Assembly (NCBI GenBank): GCA_017428635.1
Contig: JAFRQK010000035.1
Coordinates: 12,632-76,631 of the forward strand
Source: Clostridia bacterium
GTDB lineage: Bacteria > Bacillota > Clostridia > Oscillospirales > CAG-272
Length of the DNA: 64,000 nucleotides
Reading direction: 5' to 3'
In this document: positions 48,824 to 58,377 of the stretch, piece by piece
Layout of the letters: each line of letters begins with the position of its first letter
Position numbering within the stretch: position 1 is the first letter of the stretch
Program-made: the position numbers and the translations under genes
The notes under the pieces: model-generated
The model's database searches: none
Told to the model about the DNA's origin: nothing
What the model saw: the letters and a program-made list of their open reading frames with translations, nothing else

Positions 48824-51553
48824 TCAGTATCGACCGATCAGATCATATGGAATATTTGCGAATTCCGCGCCGTCCTTCATTCTGTAGTCGCCGATCGTCG
48901 GGTTGACGAAGAACGGATTTTGGTCGAGGGTGTATCCGGTATCGGGCGTGATATCGCAGTATTGTGCAGCGACCGCGTCGTGCTCTTTTACCGCGCCCTC
49001 GATATTGATCTCCGCGTTGTCCCTTATGGTGACCGTAGAGTTCAGACAGAATTCCGGCTCGTTTATCCGGTCAAGGTCGCACGTGATATCAAGCAGTCCC
49101 GGCCACAGCTCGGCGACCTTCGCCTTGTACTCGGGATGCGCGTCGTAATTTCTCAGCGCGCTCTGCCAGTTCGTGTAGCACCAGTCTTCGGTGATGCTAT
49201 CCGGTTCGCCGTTTTCCAATGCGTAGTTGATGAGATCGATCCCCTCCGCATGGACGGTTGCGATCGCAGCGAGTTTCGACTGCGGATTGACGACGATATT
49301 GTCGTGGATAAAGTTGCGCTTGGGCACCCCGTTGTTCATCACTCCGAGGTCGACGTTGTAGAAGATGTTATTGCAAACCTCACAGCCCCACGAGCCGTCG
49401 AGGTAAAGGCAATACCTGCCGTTCGACCCGCCGCGGATGTTGAGGAACAGGTTATACCGTACGACCGAGCCCTCCGAGTCGCTCATCTGACGGAACGTCT
49501 GCATCGCGCCTGTGTCGTCGCCGTTGTAGCAGGACGACTCGAAAACGTTATACTCCGCCGTCAGGTTCGCGGCGTTGCGGAAGTCGATATCTTCCCAGTA
49601 GTTTTTATAGAAATGGTTGTGCGATACCTTCGCGAACGGCGCGGCGATCCTGAGCGCCCCGTTGCATCCGTCTCGCAGACAAGTGAGAGTGAAATAGTTG
49701 TTGTCGACGACGACGTTCGTCCCCGACGTGAATCTGTCTTCCCAGTTGAAGTCCGACTCGATCCGGAGAGCTATCCCGGCGCACACCGAGAACTCGCATC
49801 CGGTGACGGTGACGTCGAGCGGGATCCCGCCCGGATCGCCCTCGATAAAGACCATCGTTCCGGTGGAGCATCCGGAGAATCCGCAGCGGTCGACCGTCAG
49901 GCCGCGCGGATGACCGACCGCCCACATAACAGGCCCGTCGGAGTTCCTGAAATCAAGACCGAGGAGCGTGACGTACTCCGTTCCGGACATCGTCAGCATC
50001 GTGTCGCCTCCGCCGGTGAAGTGATACTCGCCGGAGGGTTCGAAGACGTAGAAAACGCGCGTGGATTCGTCGATCCAGTATTCACCCGCATGATCGAGCT
50101 CCTCGGAGACGTTGACGATCGCCATCTGGTTCCACTCCGCGCTGTCGAAGCCGTCAAGTTCAAGGTAACGGAGCTGACCCATCCTCGCCTGATTCGGATA
50201 CGGGATCGTGCAGATACCCGTTTCTTTATCGTAATCGGCGGTCGTGAGCAGATCCTTGTACCAGCCGGTCGTGATGTAACCGTAGATCAGCATACAGTCC
50301 GTCGTATGATAATAATTGTCTATCCTTTTCTTCAGATGTCCCGATTTGAACTGGAAATGGTTCGCGTCCGGAATAAATCCGTTTTTCTTCATCAGATTAT
50401 CGGTTCCGTCGTCGTATTTGTTCGGGTAACGGGCGAGCGTCATTTCGCCTCCGTCGCCGAGGATAAGACAGGTACGCGGATCGTATTTTGTCAACCTTCC
50501 GGAAAGATCGACCTTCTTTATCTTGTCGACGGCGGTTGAGCGGAACAACGTTTTTTCTTCCGCGGTAAGGGAGGTGAATTCGTTTTCCGCAACGTCGAGG
50601 CCGTCGTTGAATACGACGTCGCCGTCGCCGTACGCGCAGTATATGATCCTCTGCGACACGGAGCCGGAGTCTTCGGCTGTCAAAACGACGGAGATCGGGC
50701 CGTAATCACCCGCAAAGAAAGCGACTTTGATATCGCCCTCGGTTTTCCTCGTTTTGAGGTCTCTGACCGCCTCGATCGCGCGCTGCCACGTTTTGAAGGG
50801 ATGATCGAAAGAACCGTCCGCCGAGTCGTCGCCGTCGGTCGCCACGTAGAAGTCGGCGTCGCCGACGAGCGGGTATTCGGGTTCGGTGTACGTCGAACGG
50901 AGGACCGGTTCGTTATACTTCAGTTTGAACGTATTGTCGAATCTCTCTATTATCGCTGCGAACTGTTCGCGCGTCGCTTTTCCGCCGGGTGCGAGAAGGT
51001 TGCCGGTCGTGCCTTTTATCAGGCCCGCTTCGACCGCCCACTGCATCGCGTCGTCCGCCCAGCCGGAGACCTTTCCGCCGTCTGAAAAAGACGAAAGATC
51101 GGCGCGCTCCGGAACGGAAACGAGGGAGTCCGACGAGAAACGGAATAGCATCGTTCCGAGCTGTTCGCGCGTGATGAGCCCTTCGGGACCGAATTTTTTA
51201 TCGCTGACGCCGTTCACGACGCCCCCTTCTTTTGCCCACGCCACGGCGTCGGCGTACCACGCGCCGGCCCTGACGTCATCAAAGCCGCTCGCCGCCTTCG
51301 GGGCGGGAGAGCCCTCGCGCCGCCAAAGGGCGGTCACTACCATCGCCCGGGTGAGCGATCCTTTGGGATTGAATTTCCCGCCGCCTACGCCCTGCATATA
51401 GCCGGACTTGACGGCGTAGACGATCGAATCGTAACTCCACATCGACTTGTTCACGTCGGAGAAGACGGGATCCGCCGCGGATGCCGGGACGACTGCGGCG
51501 AACGCCGCCGCGATCATAACGACGGCGAGAAGGGAAGCGAGAAGTTTTTTCAT
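48824..51553 (-). CDS. Secreted SLH-domain protein with parallel beta-helix domain
   Basis: Signal peptide, 3 SLH repeats, YVATDGDD...PFKT, ARYPN, ELDHAGEY, DTGA, LYLDG. Confidence 0.85.
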   Translation of the reverse strand: MKKLLASLLAVVMIAAAFAAVVPASAADPVFSDVNKSMWSYDSIVYAVKSGYMQGVGGGKFNPKGSLTRAMVVTALWRREGSPAPKAASGFDDVRAGAWYADAVAWAKEGGVVNGVSDKKFGPEGLITREQLGTMLFRFSSDSLVSVPERADLSSFSDGGKVSGWADDAMQWAVEAGLIKGTTGNLLAPGGKATREQFAAIIERFDNTFKLKYNEPVLRSTYTEPEYPLVGDADFYVATDGDDSADGSFDHPFKTWQRAIEAVRDLKTRKTEGDIKVAFFAGDYGPISVVLTAEDSGSVSQRIIYCAYGDGDVVFNDGLDVAENEFTSLTAEEKTLFRSTAVDKIKKVDLSGRLTKYDPRTCLILGDGGEMTLARYPNKYDDGTDNLMKKNGFIPDANHFQFKSGHLKKRIDNYYHTTDCMLIYGYITTGWYKDLLTTADYDKETGICTIPYPNQARMGQLRYLELDGFDSAEWNQMAIVNVSEELDHAGEYWIDESTRVFYVFEPSGEYHFTGGGDTMLTMSGTEYVTLLGLDFRNSDGPVMWAVGHPRGLTVDRCGFSGCSTGTMVFIEGDPGGIPLDVTVTGCEFSVCAGIALRIESDFNWEDRFTSGTNVVVDNNYFTLTCLRDGCNGALRIAAPFAKVSHNHFYKNYWEDIDFRNAANLTAEYNVFESSCYNGDDTGAMQTFRQMSDSEGSVVRYNLFLNIRGGSNGRYCLYLDGSWGCEVCNNIFYNVDLGVMNNGVPKRNFIHDNIVVNPQSKLAAIATVHAEGIDLINYALENGEPDSITEDWCYTNWQSALRNYDAHPEYKAKVAELWPGLLDITCDLDRINEPEFCLNSTVTIRDNAEINIEGAVKEHDAVAAQYCDITPDTGYTLDQNPFFVNPTIGDYRMKDGAEFANIPYDLIGRY

Positions 51554-51735
51554 GTTTTACCTCTTGACAGATGTATTCGCGGACAAGCGATATTTTCAAT
51601 AGAAAATATATATCAAAAAGGACAAAAAGTCAAGCAAAGGGCTGTAAACAAACAAAACCGTCTTTTGCCCGACCGGGCAAAAGACGGTTCCTGAATATGG
51701 AGAACTATGAAAAGGTTCCAGCGTATGCGCGTGGC

Positions 51736-52482
51736 TTACCAGACGACGCTTTCGGTTATCGCGATAAGTTCGTCTATGCTTAAACCGTATCCGGATACCT
51801 CAACCATAACGTCACTATCCCCGAAAAAGATACTTCCGCCGTCAAAGTCGTCAAGATCGATTCCCCACTGTTCATATTGCTTTTTGAGTTCTTCATCTTC
51901 GTCGAGAGCCTTCACGTAATAGTCATGTTCGTCATAAATAAATGCGTCCATCCCTCTGATCGTTGTCGGCGTGAAACGATCTTCAAACGCATCCGCCGGG
52001 TGGATCTTCGTTTCATAAAGTCTCGAAGAATAGATATAGATCGTTACACCCCGGGGAGCATTATTATACGGATCCTCCGCCGTTTCGTCCAACAGATCGA
52101 TTACCCTGGATTCCTCATATTGATAATCAGGGTCGTTAGCGGGATTATATTCCTTCACGGTAAAACCGTCCGGTACGTATCCGACGGTGGCGTCGAAAAC
52201 GGTTTTGGGTTCGGCGGATTCACCCGCGGAATCCGGATCTGCGAATTTCACGACGGTAAGGTCGTCATCCGTATGCCATATGAACACGCCGAGAATTGCG
52301 GCTCTGACGTTCGCGTTCAGCATAAGCAGGCCGCATGCGGTGAGCACCACCGCGAGCGCGATGACCGCGACGCGCTTGAAGCCGAGCGATTTGCGCGGAG
52401 CTTTGACGGATTCCGCGTCTGCGCTTTCGACGAGCCGCGGGTCGATCCCGCCTATGGCGCGTCTCATTACGTCTTTCTTCAT
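51736..52482 (-). CDS. Putative anti-sigma factor (single TM, DUF4367-like)
   Basis: AIGGIDPRLVESA N-terminus, TM, YVPDGF, ELIAITES; overlaps the sigma stop. Confidence 0.72.
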   Translation of the reverse strand: MKKDVMRRAIGGIDPRLVESADAESVKAPRKSLGFKRVAVIALAVVLTACGLLMLNANVRAAILGVFIWHTDDDLTVVKFADPDSAGESAEPKTVFDATVGYVPDGFTVKEYNPANDPDYQYEESRVIDLLDETAEDPYNNAPRGVTIYIYSSRLYETKIHPADAFEDRFTPTTIRGMDAFIYDEHDYYVKALDEDEELKKQYEQWGIDLDDFDGGSIFFGDSDVMVEVSGYGLSIDELIAITESVVW

Positions 52483-53036
52483 TTCAAATAACCTCTTTCT
52501 TTCAGGTATCGGGCGAGGTCTTCCCTCGTCCTTTTGAGCATCATGAGAACCTTACTTTTTCCGAAGCCGTATCTTCGGCAGATACTTTTTACCGGGTCGT
52601 AGAACCAGTATCTTCGGATAAAAACGTTTCTCTTGTCTTCGTTGACGGAAAAAAGGAACCGTGAGATCTCCCGGGACAGCTCCGCTTCTTCAAATTCCGC
52701 GTCGGGATCGCCGCCCGAAACGATCTCTTCGATCTCGTCGAGAGACCTCACCAGGTCAGACCGGATCCGCTTCCCGCTCGTGTTTTTGCGCCAACGGCTT
52801 ATCGCGATCTCCCGCGTGAGCTTACCGAGATAAGTTTTGAGATTGTCGGGATTTTGCGGCGGGATGCTCTCCCACGCGGCGAGAAGCGCGTCGGAAACGC
52901 ATTCTTCCGATTCTCCCCGGTCGTGAAGAACGTTGTTCGCGATATACGTAAGATACTTTTCGTATTTTTCTTTTGCTGCCGCGAGAGCGTCTTCGTCCCG
53001 GTCCCGGAACATCTGAACGATCAGGTGGTCATCCAA
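52479..53036 (-). CDS. ECF RNA polymerase sigma factor
   Basis: DEDAL, EECVSDALLAAWESIPP, FIRRYW, LKRTRE. Confidence 0.9.
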   Translation of the reverse strand: MDDHLIVQMFRDRDEDALAAAKEKYEKYLTYIANNVLHDRGESEECVSDALLAAWESIPPQNPDNLKTYLGKLTREIAISRWRKNTSGKRIRSDLVRSLDEIEEIVSGGDPDAEFEEAELSREISRFLFSVNEDKRNVFIRRYWFYDPVKSICRRYGFGKSKVLMMLKRTREDLARYLKERGYLK

Positions 53037-53193
53037 GGTTTACCTCCTTTCCGACTGAAAGGCCTTTCACCCTTATACCCGCAAAAAAACCGGATTGATC
53101 ACATTTTTTGAAAAATTTTGAAAAAAGGTTATAAGTTACGTTTTTGAATGAGGTGACTGCATTCTGAGCTGGCTGATACTGCGAGGCGGAGGA

Positions 53194-53240
53194 GGCTTCC
53201 CCTTGAGGGGAAGCTGTCACCGGAGGTGACTGATGAGGTG
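53194..53240. repeat. Clostridial REP-like double hairpin
   Basis: GCTTCCCCT-tg-AGGGGAAGC followed by GTCACC-gga-GGTGAC-TGATGAGG. Confidence 0.6.
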
Positions 53241-53242
53241 AG

Positions 53243-53472
53243 AAAGGGTACTGCATTTTGAGCAGGCTGCTCCTGCAGGGCAGGAGCAGAGGGATTCGAG
53301 TCGCGCTCCCGCGAGCTCGTTTTTCGCTGAACGCGAAAAACTCACGGTCGCTTGGTCGGGGAGGCGGGAAAACAGTCCCCCGGACTGTTTGCTGACACGC
53401 CTCCCATTCGAATCCCTTCCTTATGCTCTCCGAACGGAAAAAGGAGCCCACTTTGTGGCTCCTTTTTCCGTT
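53243..53472 (-). other. tRNA-trailing structured element, copy 2
   Basis: Same architecture and linker motifs as 34914-35138, with arms matching tRNA-Ser. Confidence 0.8.
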
Positions 53473-53561
53473 CGGAGAGAGAGGGATTCGAACCCTCGAA
53501 ACCGTTTTGCGATTTACGCGATTTCCAGTCGCGCGCCCTCGACCAACTAGGCGACCTCTCC
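53473..53561 (-). tRNA. tRNA-Ser(GGA), CCA not encoded
   Basis: GGAGAGG/TCTCTCC acceptor, CGCGA-CTGGAAA-TCGCG anticodon arm, long variable arm, GGTTCGAATCC. Confidence 0.96.
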
Positions 53562-53689
53562 GTGCCCCTAACCGGACGTGTGGTATTATAACATAGAATA
53601 TAATCTTTTGCAACACTTTTTTCAAAACTCCGGGGGCCTCGGAGCACTTGTGAGTTTGCTTCCGATATGGTAAAATATATCAAACGGAG

Positions 53690-54607
53690 GTGATAAAAAC
53701 GGCAAGCGATAAATCTCTCGTTATAAGAGCGATCTCATCCGACGGCTCGGCGCGTATCGTGTTCTGCGACAGCACGGCGATCGTGCGGCGCGCCTGCGAG
53801 ATACACAAAACGGCGAAGACGGCGACCGCCGTCCTCGGGCGGTGTCTGACAGCCGCCTCGATGATGGGCTCGCTTCTCAAAGACCGCGACGATTCCCTGA
53901 CGCTGCGCTTCGACGGCGACGGCCCCGCGGGCAGCGTCGTATGCGTCAGCGACTACAAGGGCAACGTGCGCGGATATATGGATAACCCTTCGGCGGAACT
54001 GCCGCCGAACAAGGCGGGCAAGCTCGACGTCGGAGGCGCGATAGGAAAGGGATCGCTTTACGTGATCCGCGACCTCGGGCTGAAGGAGCCGTACGTCGGC
54101 GCGTCCCCGATAGTGACGGGCGAGGTCGGCGACGACGTGACGGCCTATTTCGCCAATTCCGAGCAGATACCGACCGTGTGCGCCGTGGGCGTGCGTGTGG
54201 GCCGCGACAATATGTGCTTTGCGGCGGGCGGTTTTCTGATCCAGCTTTTGCCGGGAGCCGACGACGAAGTGGCCGAGATAATTGAAAAGAACGTCAGCGG
54301 GATGAAAAGCGTCTCGGAACTGATCGCATCCGGCGTTTCGGGCGCCGAGATCATCGCTCAGACCTTCGCCGGTATGGAATACGAGACGTTCGACGAATTC
54401 GACGTCGGTTACGTCTGCGCCTGCTCGCGCGGCAGATACCTCTCCGCGCTCGCGTCGCTCGGCGGGAAAGATCTCGACGAGCTGATAGCCGACGGCAGTC
54501 CCGTCGAGACGGGATGCCTGTTCTGCGGCAAGAAATACGTTTTCAAAATCGAAGAGATCCTCGCCGAGAGGGACAAAAAGAAAAAGGAGAAAAAAGAAGA
54601 TGAGTAA
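53690..54607 (+). CDS. hslO: Hsp33 redox chaperone
   Basis: GKLDVGGAIG, YFANSEQIPT, AGGFLIQLLPGA, CXC...CXXC. Confidence 0.95.
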   Translation: MIKTASDKSLVIRAISSDGSARIVFCDSTAIVRRACEIHKTAKTATAVLGRCLTAASMMGSLLKDRDDSLTLRFDGDGPAGSVVCVSDYKGNVRGYMDNPSAELPPNKAGKLDVGGAIGKGSLYVIRDLGLKEPYVGASPIVTGEVGDDVTAYFANSEQIPTVCAVGVRVGRDNMCFAAGGFLIQLLPGADDEVAEIIEKNVSGMKSVSELIASGVSGAEIIAQTFAGMEYETFDEFDVGYVCACSRGRYLSALASLGGKDLDELIADGSPVETGCLFCGKKYVFKIEEILAERDKKKKEKKEDE

Positions 54608-55100
54608 TTTGCGTCACGTCGTTATGAATATCAGGGATTACGGCGAGGTGAAACTCGAACTCGACGCGGACGCCGCGCCGATCACCGTGGACAATTTCTT
54701 GAAACTGGCGAAGAGCGGTTTTTACGACGGACTTACGTTTCACCGCATTATCGACGGATTCATGATCCAGGGCGGAGACCCGCTCGGAACGGGGTTCGGC
54801 GGCTCGGACGAAGAGATCAAGGGCGAGTTCCGCGCCAACGGCGTTGACAACCCGATCTCCCACGAAGAGGGCGTCATCTCGATGGCGAGATCGTCGAACC
54901 CGAACAGCGCGTCCTCGCAGTTCTTCATCACCGTCGCCGACGCGACGTTTCTGGACGGTCAGTACGCGGCGTTCGGCCGCGTCACAGACGGCTACGACGT
55001 CGTTCGGCTCATCGCGCGTCAGGCGCGCCCGGTCGACGGAAACGGCACGGTCCCGAAAAGCGAGCAGCCGGTGATAGAGTCCGTCCGGGTGACCGACTGA
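54600..55100 (+). CDS. Cyclophilin-type peptidyl-prolyl isomerase
   Basis: APITVDNF, FHRIIDGFMIQGGDP, SQFFI, LDGQYAAFG. Confidence 0.95.
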   Translation: MSNLRHVVMNIRDYGEVKLELDADAAPITVDNFLKLAKSGFYDGLTFHRIIDGFMIQGGDPLGTGFGGSDEEIKGEFRANGVDNPISHEEGVISMARSSNPNSASSQFFITVADATFLDGQYAAFGRVTDGYDVVRLIARQARPVDGNGTVPKSEQPVIESVRVTD

Positions 55101-55151
55101 TCATTCATAGATCCCCGTCTCCCCGCGTAATATATGCGGGGGTGATCCGCG

Positions 55152-55448
55152 ATGAACAAGTGGGGAAGAGAACGGAAAAGCGATACCCCGTCGGGGTATC
55201 GCTTTCTTACGCTCGGAGCGGCGGCCGTCGTTTTCGGGCTCGCAGTTTTTTCATTCGGCGGGGACGGCGGGCAGTCCGTTCTGCGCCGCGAGGAGACCGC
55301 TGCTGCGGCCCTGATCGTGGGCGAGACCGCGGCGTCTCCCGGGACGTCCGCGGAAACGGACGGAGAACCGCCCGGGTATCTGAACGGAAAATGGAATTTC
55401 TGGGAAAGCCTCGGAGACGCGCTCGCCTCCCTGATAACGGGGAAATGA
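55152..55448 (+). CDS. Small hypothetical membrane-anchored protein
   Basis: One hydrophobic segment; stop overlaps the next ATG (ATGA). Confidence 0.55.
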   Translation: MNKWGRERKSDTPSGYRFLTLGAAAVVFGLAVFSFGGDGGQSVLRREETAAAALIVGETAASPGTSAETDGEPPGYLNGKWNFWESLGDALASLITGK

Positions 55449-56041
55449 AGCGCGAGAAAAAGCGCGGGGTCCCCGTCGCATCGGGCCCCGCGGGTTTTTT
55501 GTCTTTCTTTCTCTCTTTCGCGCTGATCGCTTTTTTGGGAGGCCCCGCTTATCCGCTCGCCGTCGGCGCGGCGCTTCTCGTTCACGAGGCGGCTCATTTT
55601 ATGACGGCGGGGGCGCTAGGCGTTCCTCTCTCGTCCGTTCGGATCGGCGCGTGGGGGGCGCGCACCGCCTTCGATTACTCAGCCGTTTCGGCGGGGAGGG
55701 AAATCGCGGTGCTCGTCTCGGGACCCGCTGCGAGTATCGCCGCGGCGTTCGCCGTGATAAAAACGCCGCTCACGGACGTGCCGGGCGGCGTTTATTTCGT
55801 TTTGTCCTCTTTCGCGCTCGGCGCGGTCAACCTGCTCCCCGTGCGCGGACTCGACGGAGGCGCGATCCTTTCCGCCGCCGTAGGCCGTTTCGTTCTGCCC
55901 GACCGCGCGTGGCGGATTTGCCGGGCGGTTTCCCGCACTTTCGCGTTCCTTTTCTGGGGACTTGCCGCCGCAGCTCAAGCGGCGGGGTTCAGTTGGTCTC
56001 TTCTTCTGCTTTCTCTGTATTTTCTCGTTCGGGCATGGTGA
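55445..56041 (+). CDS. M50 site-2 protease (SpoIVFB-like)
   Basis: VHEAAH, SGP, NLLPVRGLDG. Confidence 0.82.
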   Translation: MKREKKRGVPVASGPAGFLSFFLSFALIAFLGGPAYPLAVGAALLVHEAAHFMTAGALGVPLSSVRIGAWGARTAFDYSAVSAGREIAVLVSGPAASIAAAFAVIKTPLTDVPGGVYFVLSSFALGAVNLLPVRGLDGGAILSAAVGRFVLPDRAWRICRAVSRTFAFLFWGLAAAAQAAGFSWSLLLLSLYFLVRAW

Positions 56042-57068
56042 AACCGAGCGCCTCGTTCACGTCGTCCGCGGTCAGGAGCATCAGGTCGTCTTTTGTGACC
56101 GTCTCCATCCCGGCGAGCCGGTCCGCCTGAGCGGACAGGATCTTCTCGAACACGTTGCGGACGCCGCGCGCGTTTCCGAATTCTCCCGCGTCGTCCGCGG
56201 CTGCGGCGAAATAGTCGCGCAGGATCTCCTCGGCGTCGTCGGAGACCGTATAACAGCCCTTTTTGCATCTGAAAACGAAGATGTCGGTCATCTCGTCGCC
56301 CGTGTAGTCCGCAAAGTCGACGTATTTGTTGAAGCGCGAACGCAGACCGGGGTTCGAGTCGATGAAATCCTCCATCAGTTCGGTGTACCCGGCGACGATG
56401 ACGACGAGGTCGTCGCGGTGGTCTTCCATGTATTTGAGGACCGTGTCGACCGCCTCGAGACCGAAGTCGTTTTCAGTCTTGTTCGTCAGGGCGTACGCTT
56501 CGTCGATAAAGAGCACGCCTCCGAGCGCGCTCTCGAGCACGCCCGTCGTTTTGATCGCGGTCTGACCGATATATCCGGCGACGAGACCGCCTCTGTCGCA
56601 CTCGACGAGCGTTCCTTTCGAGAGGATGCCGATCGAGCGGTAGACTCTCGCCATGAAGCGGGCGATCATCGTCTTGCCCGTTCCGGGGTTGCCCGAAAAG
56701 ACCATGTGAAGGGAGACGTCCTCGACCGGGAGGTCGTGTTCGCGGCGGAGTTTGTAGACTTTCGCCATGTTGATCAGCCCGCGGACCTCTTTTTTCACCT
56801 CGGAAAGGCCGATATACGAATCGAGTTCGGCAAGGAGATCGTCGAGGTTCTCCGGCGGCGGGAGTTCTTCCTTTTTCTCCTTTTCGGGAGCGGCGGCGTT
56901 CCCCGTCGACTTGGCGGACGGCGGCTTTTTTTCGCCGGCGTCCCCCTCGGAAACGGACGGCACTCTGCCCCAGATGTCCTCTCCGAGCCGCTTTATGTTG
57001 CTCTCCGTCATCTGACGGATCAACTCTATCTGAGAGGCGATTATTTCGTCTTTCTTATCCATAGACAA
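55989..57068 (-). CDS. SpoVK/CbxX-family AAA+ ATPase
   Basis: IGLSEVK, GNPGTGKT, LFIDEAY, NPGLRSRF, GNARGVRN. Confidence 0.92.
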   Translation of the reverse strand: MSMDKKDEIIASQIELIRQMTESNIKRLGEDIWGRVPSVSEGDAGEKKPPSAKSTGNAAAPEKEKKEELPPPENLDDLLAELDSYIGLSEVKKEVRGLINMAKVYKLRREHDLPVEDVSLHMVFSGNPGTGKTMIARFMARVYRSIGILSKGTLVECDRGGLVAGYIGQTAIKTTGVLESALGGVLFIDEAYALTNKTENDFGLEAVDTVLKYMEDHRDDLVVIVAGYTELMEDFIDSNPGLRSRFNKYVDFADYTGDEMTDIFVFRCKKGCYTVSDDAEEILRDYFAAAADDAGEFGNARGVRNVFEKILSAQADRLAGMETVTKDDLMLLTADDVNEALGFTMPERENTEKAEEETN

Positions 57069-57086
57069 GGTCTCCTGAAAACCGGA

Positions 57087-57509
57087 TTATTTTACGACGC
57101 CCTTCTTCAAGATCACGTTTGCATAGATCGCGCTCTCGCCCGTCACGACGACGGCGTACGCCTTTTTCGCTCTCTCGTAGAACTCGAATCTCTCGAGAAA
57201 AACGGGCTCGCGGTCGGTGTGATCCGCCACTATCTTTCTGTATTCGTCCCAGATCTCGATCTTCAGATCGCGGTCCTTTTCGGTTTTATCCATCAGGTAC
57301 ACGTTGTTGTCGTATTCGTCGAGCGGGAACAGCTCGAGAATGGCGGAAAGGAGTTCCGGCACGCCGGTCCCGTCGCTGCGCAGTACGATCCGTCCGATGC
57401 TCTCGCCCGGGAAGTTTCCGTCGGAGAGGACGATCTCGTCGCCGTGACCCATTTTAGCGAGGATCCTGAGAAGATCGGGGGAGATGATCTTGTTGATACC
57501 TTTTAACAT
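57087..57509 (-). CDS. fucU: L-fucose mutarotase (RbsD/FucU family)
   Basis: MLKGI...MGHGDEIVLSDGNFP, RFEFYERAK, YANVILKKGV. Confidence 0.88.
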   Translation of the reverse strand: MLKGINKIISPDLLRILAKMGHGDEIVLSDGNFPGESIGRIVLRSDGTGVPELLSAILELFPLDEYDNNVYLMDKTEKDRDLKIEIWDEYRKIVADHTDREPVFLERFEFYERAKKAYAVVVTGESAIYANVILKKGVVK

Positions 57510-57531
57510 ATTTGCATACCGTCCTTTCGGA

Positions 57532-58227
57532 TTAAAATGTTTCGATAAATCTGAAAACGATACCGGACGACTTTTTCGCAGTCTCTTTGACGAACTCCGG
57601 ATACGTATCCGGAGCGTCGCCGTCGGCGCTGTCGGAGATAGCGCGCACCACGCAGAACGGAACGTTGTTCGCGGTACAGACGTGACCGATCGCGGCGCCC
57701 TCCATCTCGCACGCTACGGCTGAGAAAGCAGAGACGATCTCGGCTTTTCTCTTCGGGTCGCAGATGAACTGATCGCCGGACGCGATCGGACCGACGACGG
57801 TATTTATCCCCGCCTCGCGCGCGATCGCGGCGATCCGTTCGACCGTCTTTTCATCGGCGGGAATGTGAGCGCCCTCGACGCCGGGGATCGCCACCGCTCC
57901 GGGCGCGTCGCCTATCGCGGTCGTGTCGAAGTCGTGGTGGCATACGGACGACGAGACGGCGACGTCGCCGATCGACAGTTTGTCCGTCAGCGTGCCCGCC
58001 ACGCCCGTGTTTATGATGAGATCGGGCAGAAAGCGGATAATCATCGCTTCCGCGCAGATAGCGGCCCACACTTTGCCGACTCCGCAGACGGCGAGTACGA
58101 CGTCGCTTCTTCCGATCTTTCCGGTGACGTAATGAACGGAACCGACGGTCCCTTCTCTTTTGTGAGCCATCCGTTCTTTGATGAGTTCCGCTTCCGCCTT
58201 CATGGCGGCTATTATTCCTATCTTCAT
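57532..58227 (-). CDS. mtnN: 5'-methylthioadenosine/SAH nucleosidase
   Basis: IGIIAAM, GVGKV, NTGVAG, SGDQF, EMEGAA, RAISD. Confidence 0.95.
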   Translation of the reverse strand: MKIGIIAAMKAEAELIKERMAHKREGTVGSVHYVTGKIGRSDVVLAVCGVGKVWAAICAEAMIIRFLPDLIINTGVAGTLTDKLSIGDVAVSSSVCHHDFDTTAIGDAPGAVAIPGVEGAHIPADEKTVERIAAIAREAGINTVVGPIASGDQFICDPKRKAEIVSAFSAVACEMEGAAIGHVCTANNVPFCVVRAISDSADGDAPDTYPEFVKETAKKSSGIVFRFIETF

Positions 58228-58377
58228 ACCAAAAACTTTCCTTTATTCGTTACTGATTTATGATACCACGGTTTCCGCCCGGATGTCAATAACCGGGGAG
58301 CGGGGGTTTTGTTTACTTTTTCGCGCTTTTATGATATAATCGGACGTGGGAAAAAGAGGAGAAGGAGGAGGATTTCT

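Noticed and set aside
34914-53472. Prophage or ICE at the tRNAs
   Set aside because: No integrase, structural, replication or conjugation genes; the tRNA-end copies are local rather than bracketing the cargo
53029-53683. ORFs of 198 aa and 113 aa across tRNA-Ser
   Set aside because: Overlap the tRNA and hairpin element; spurious
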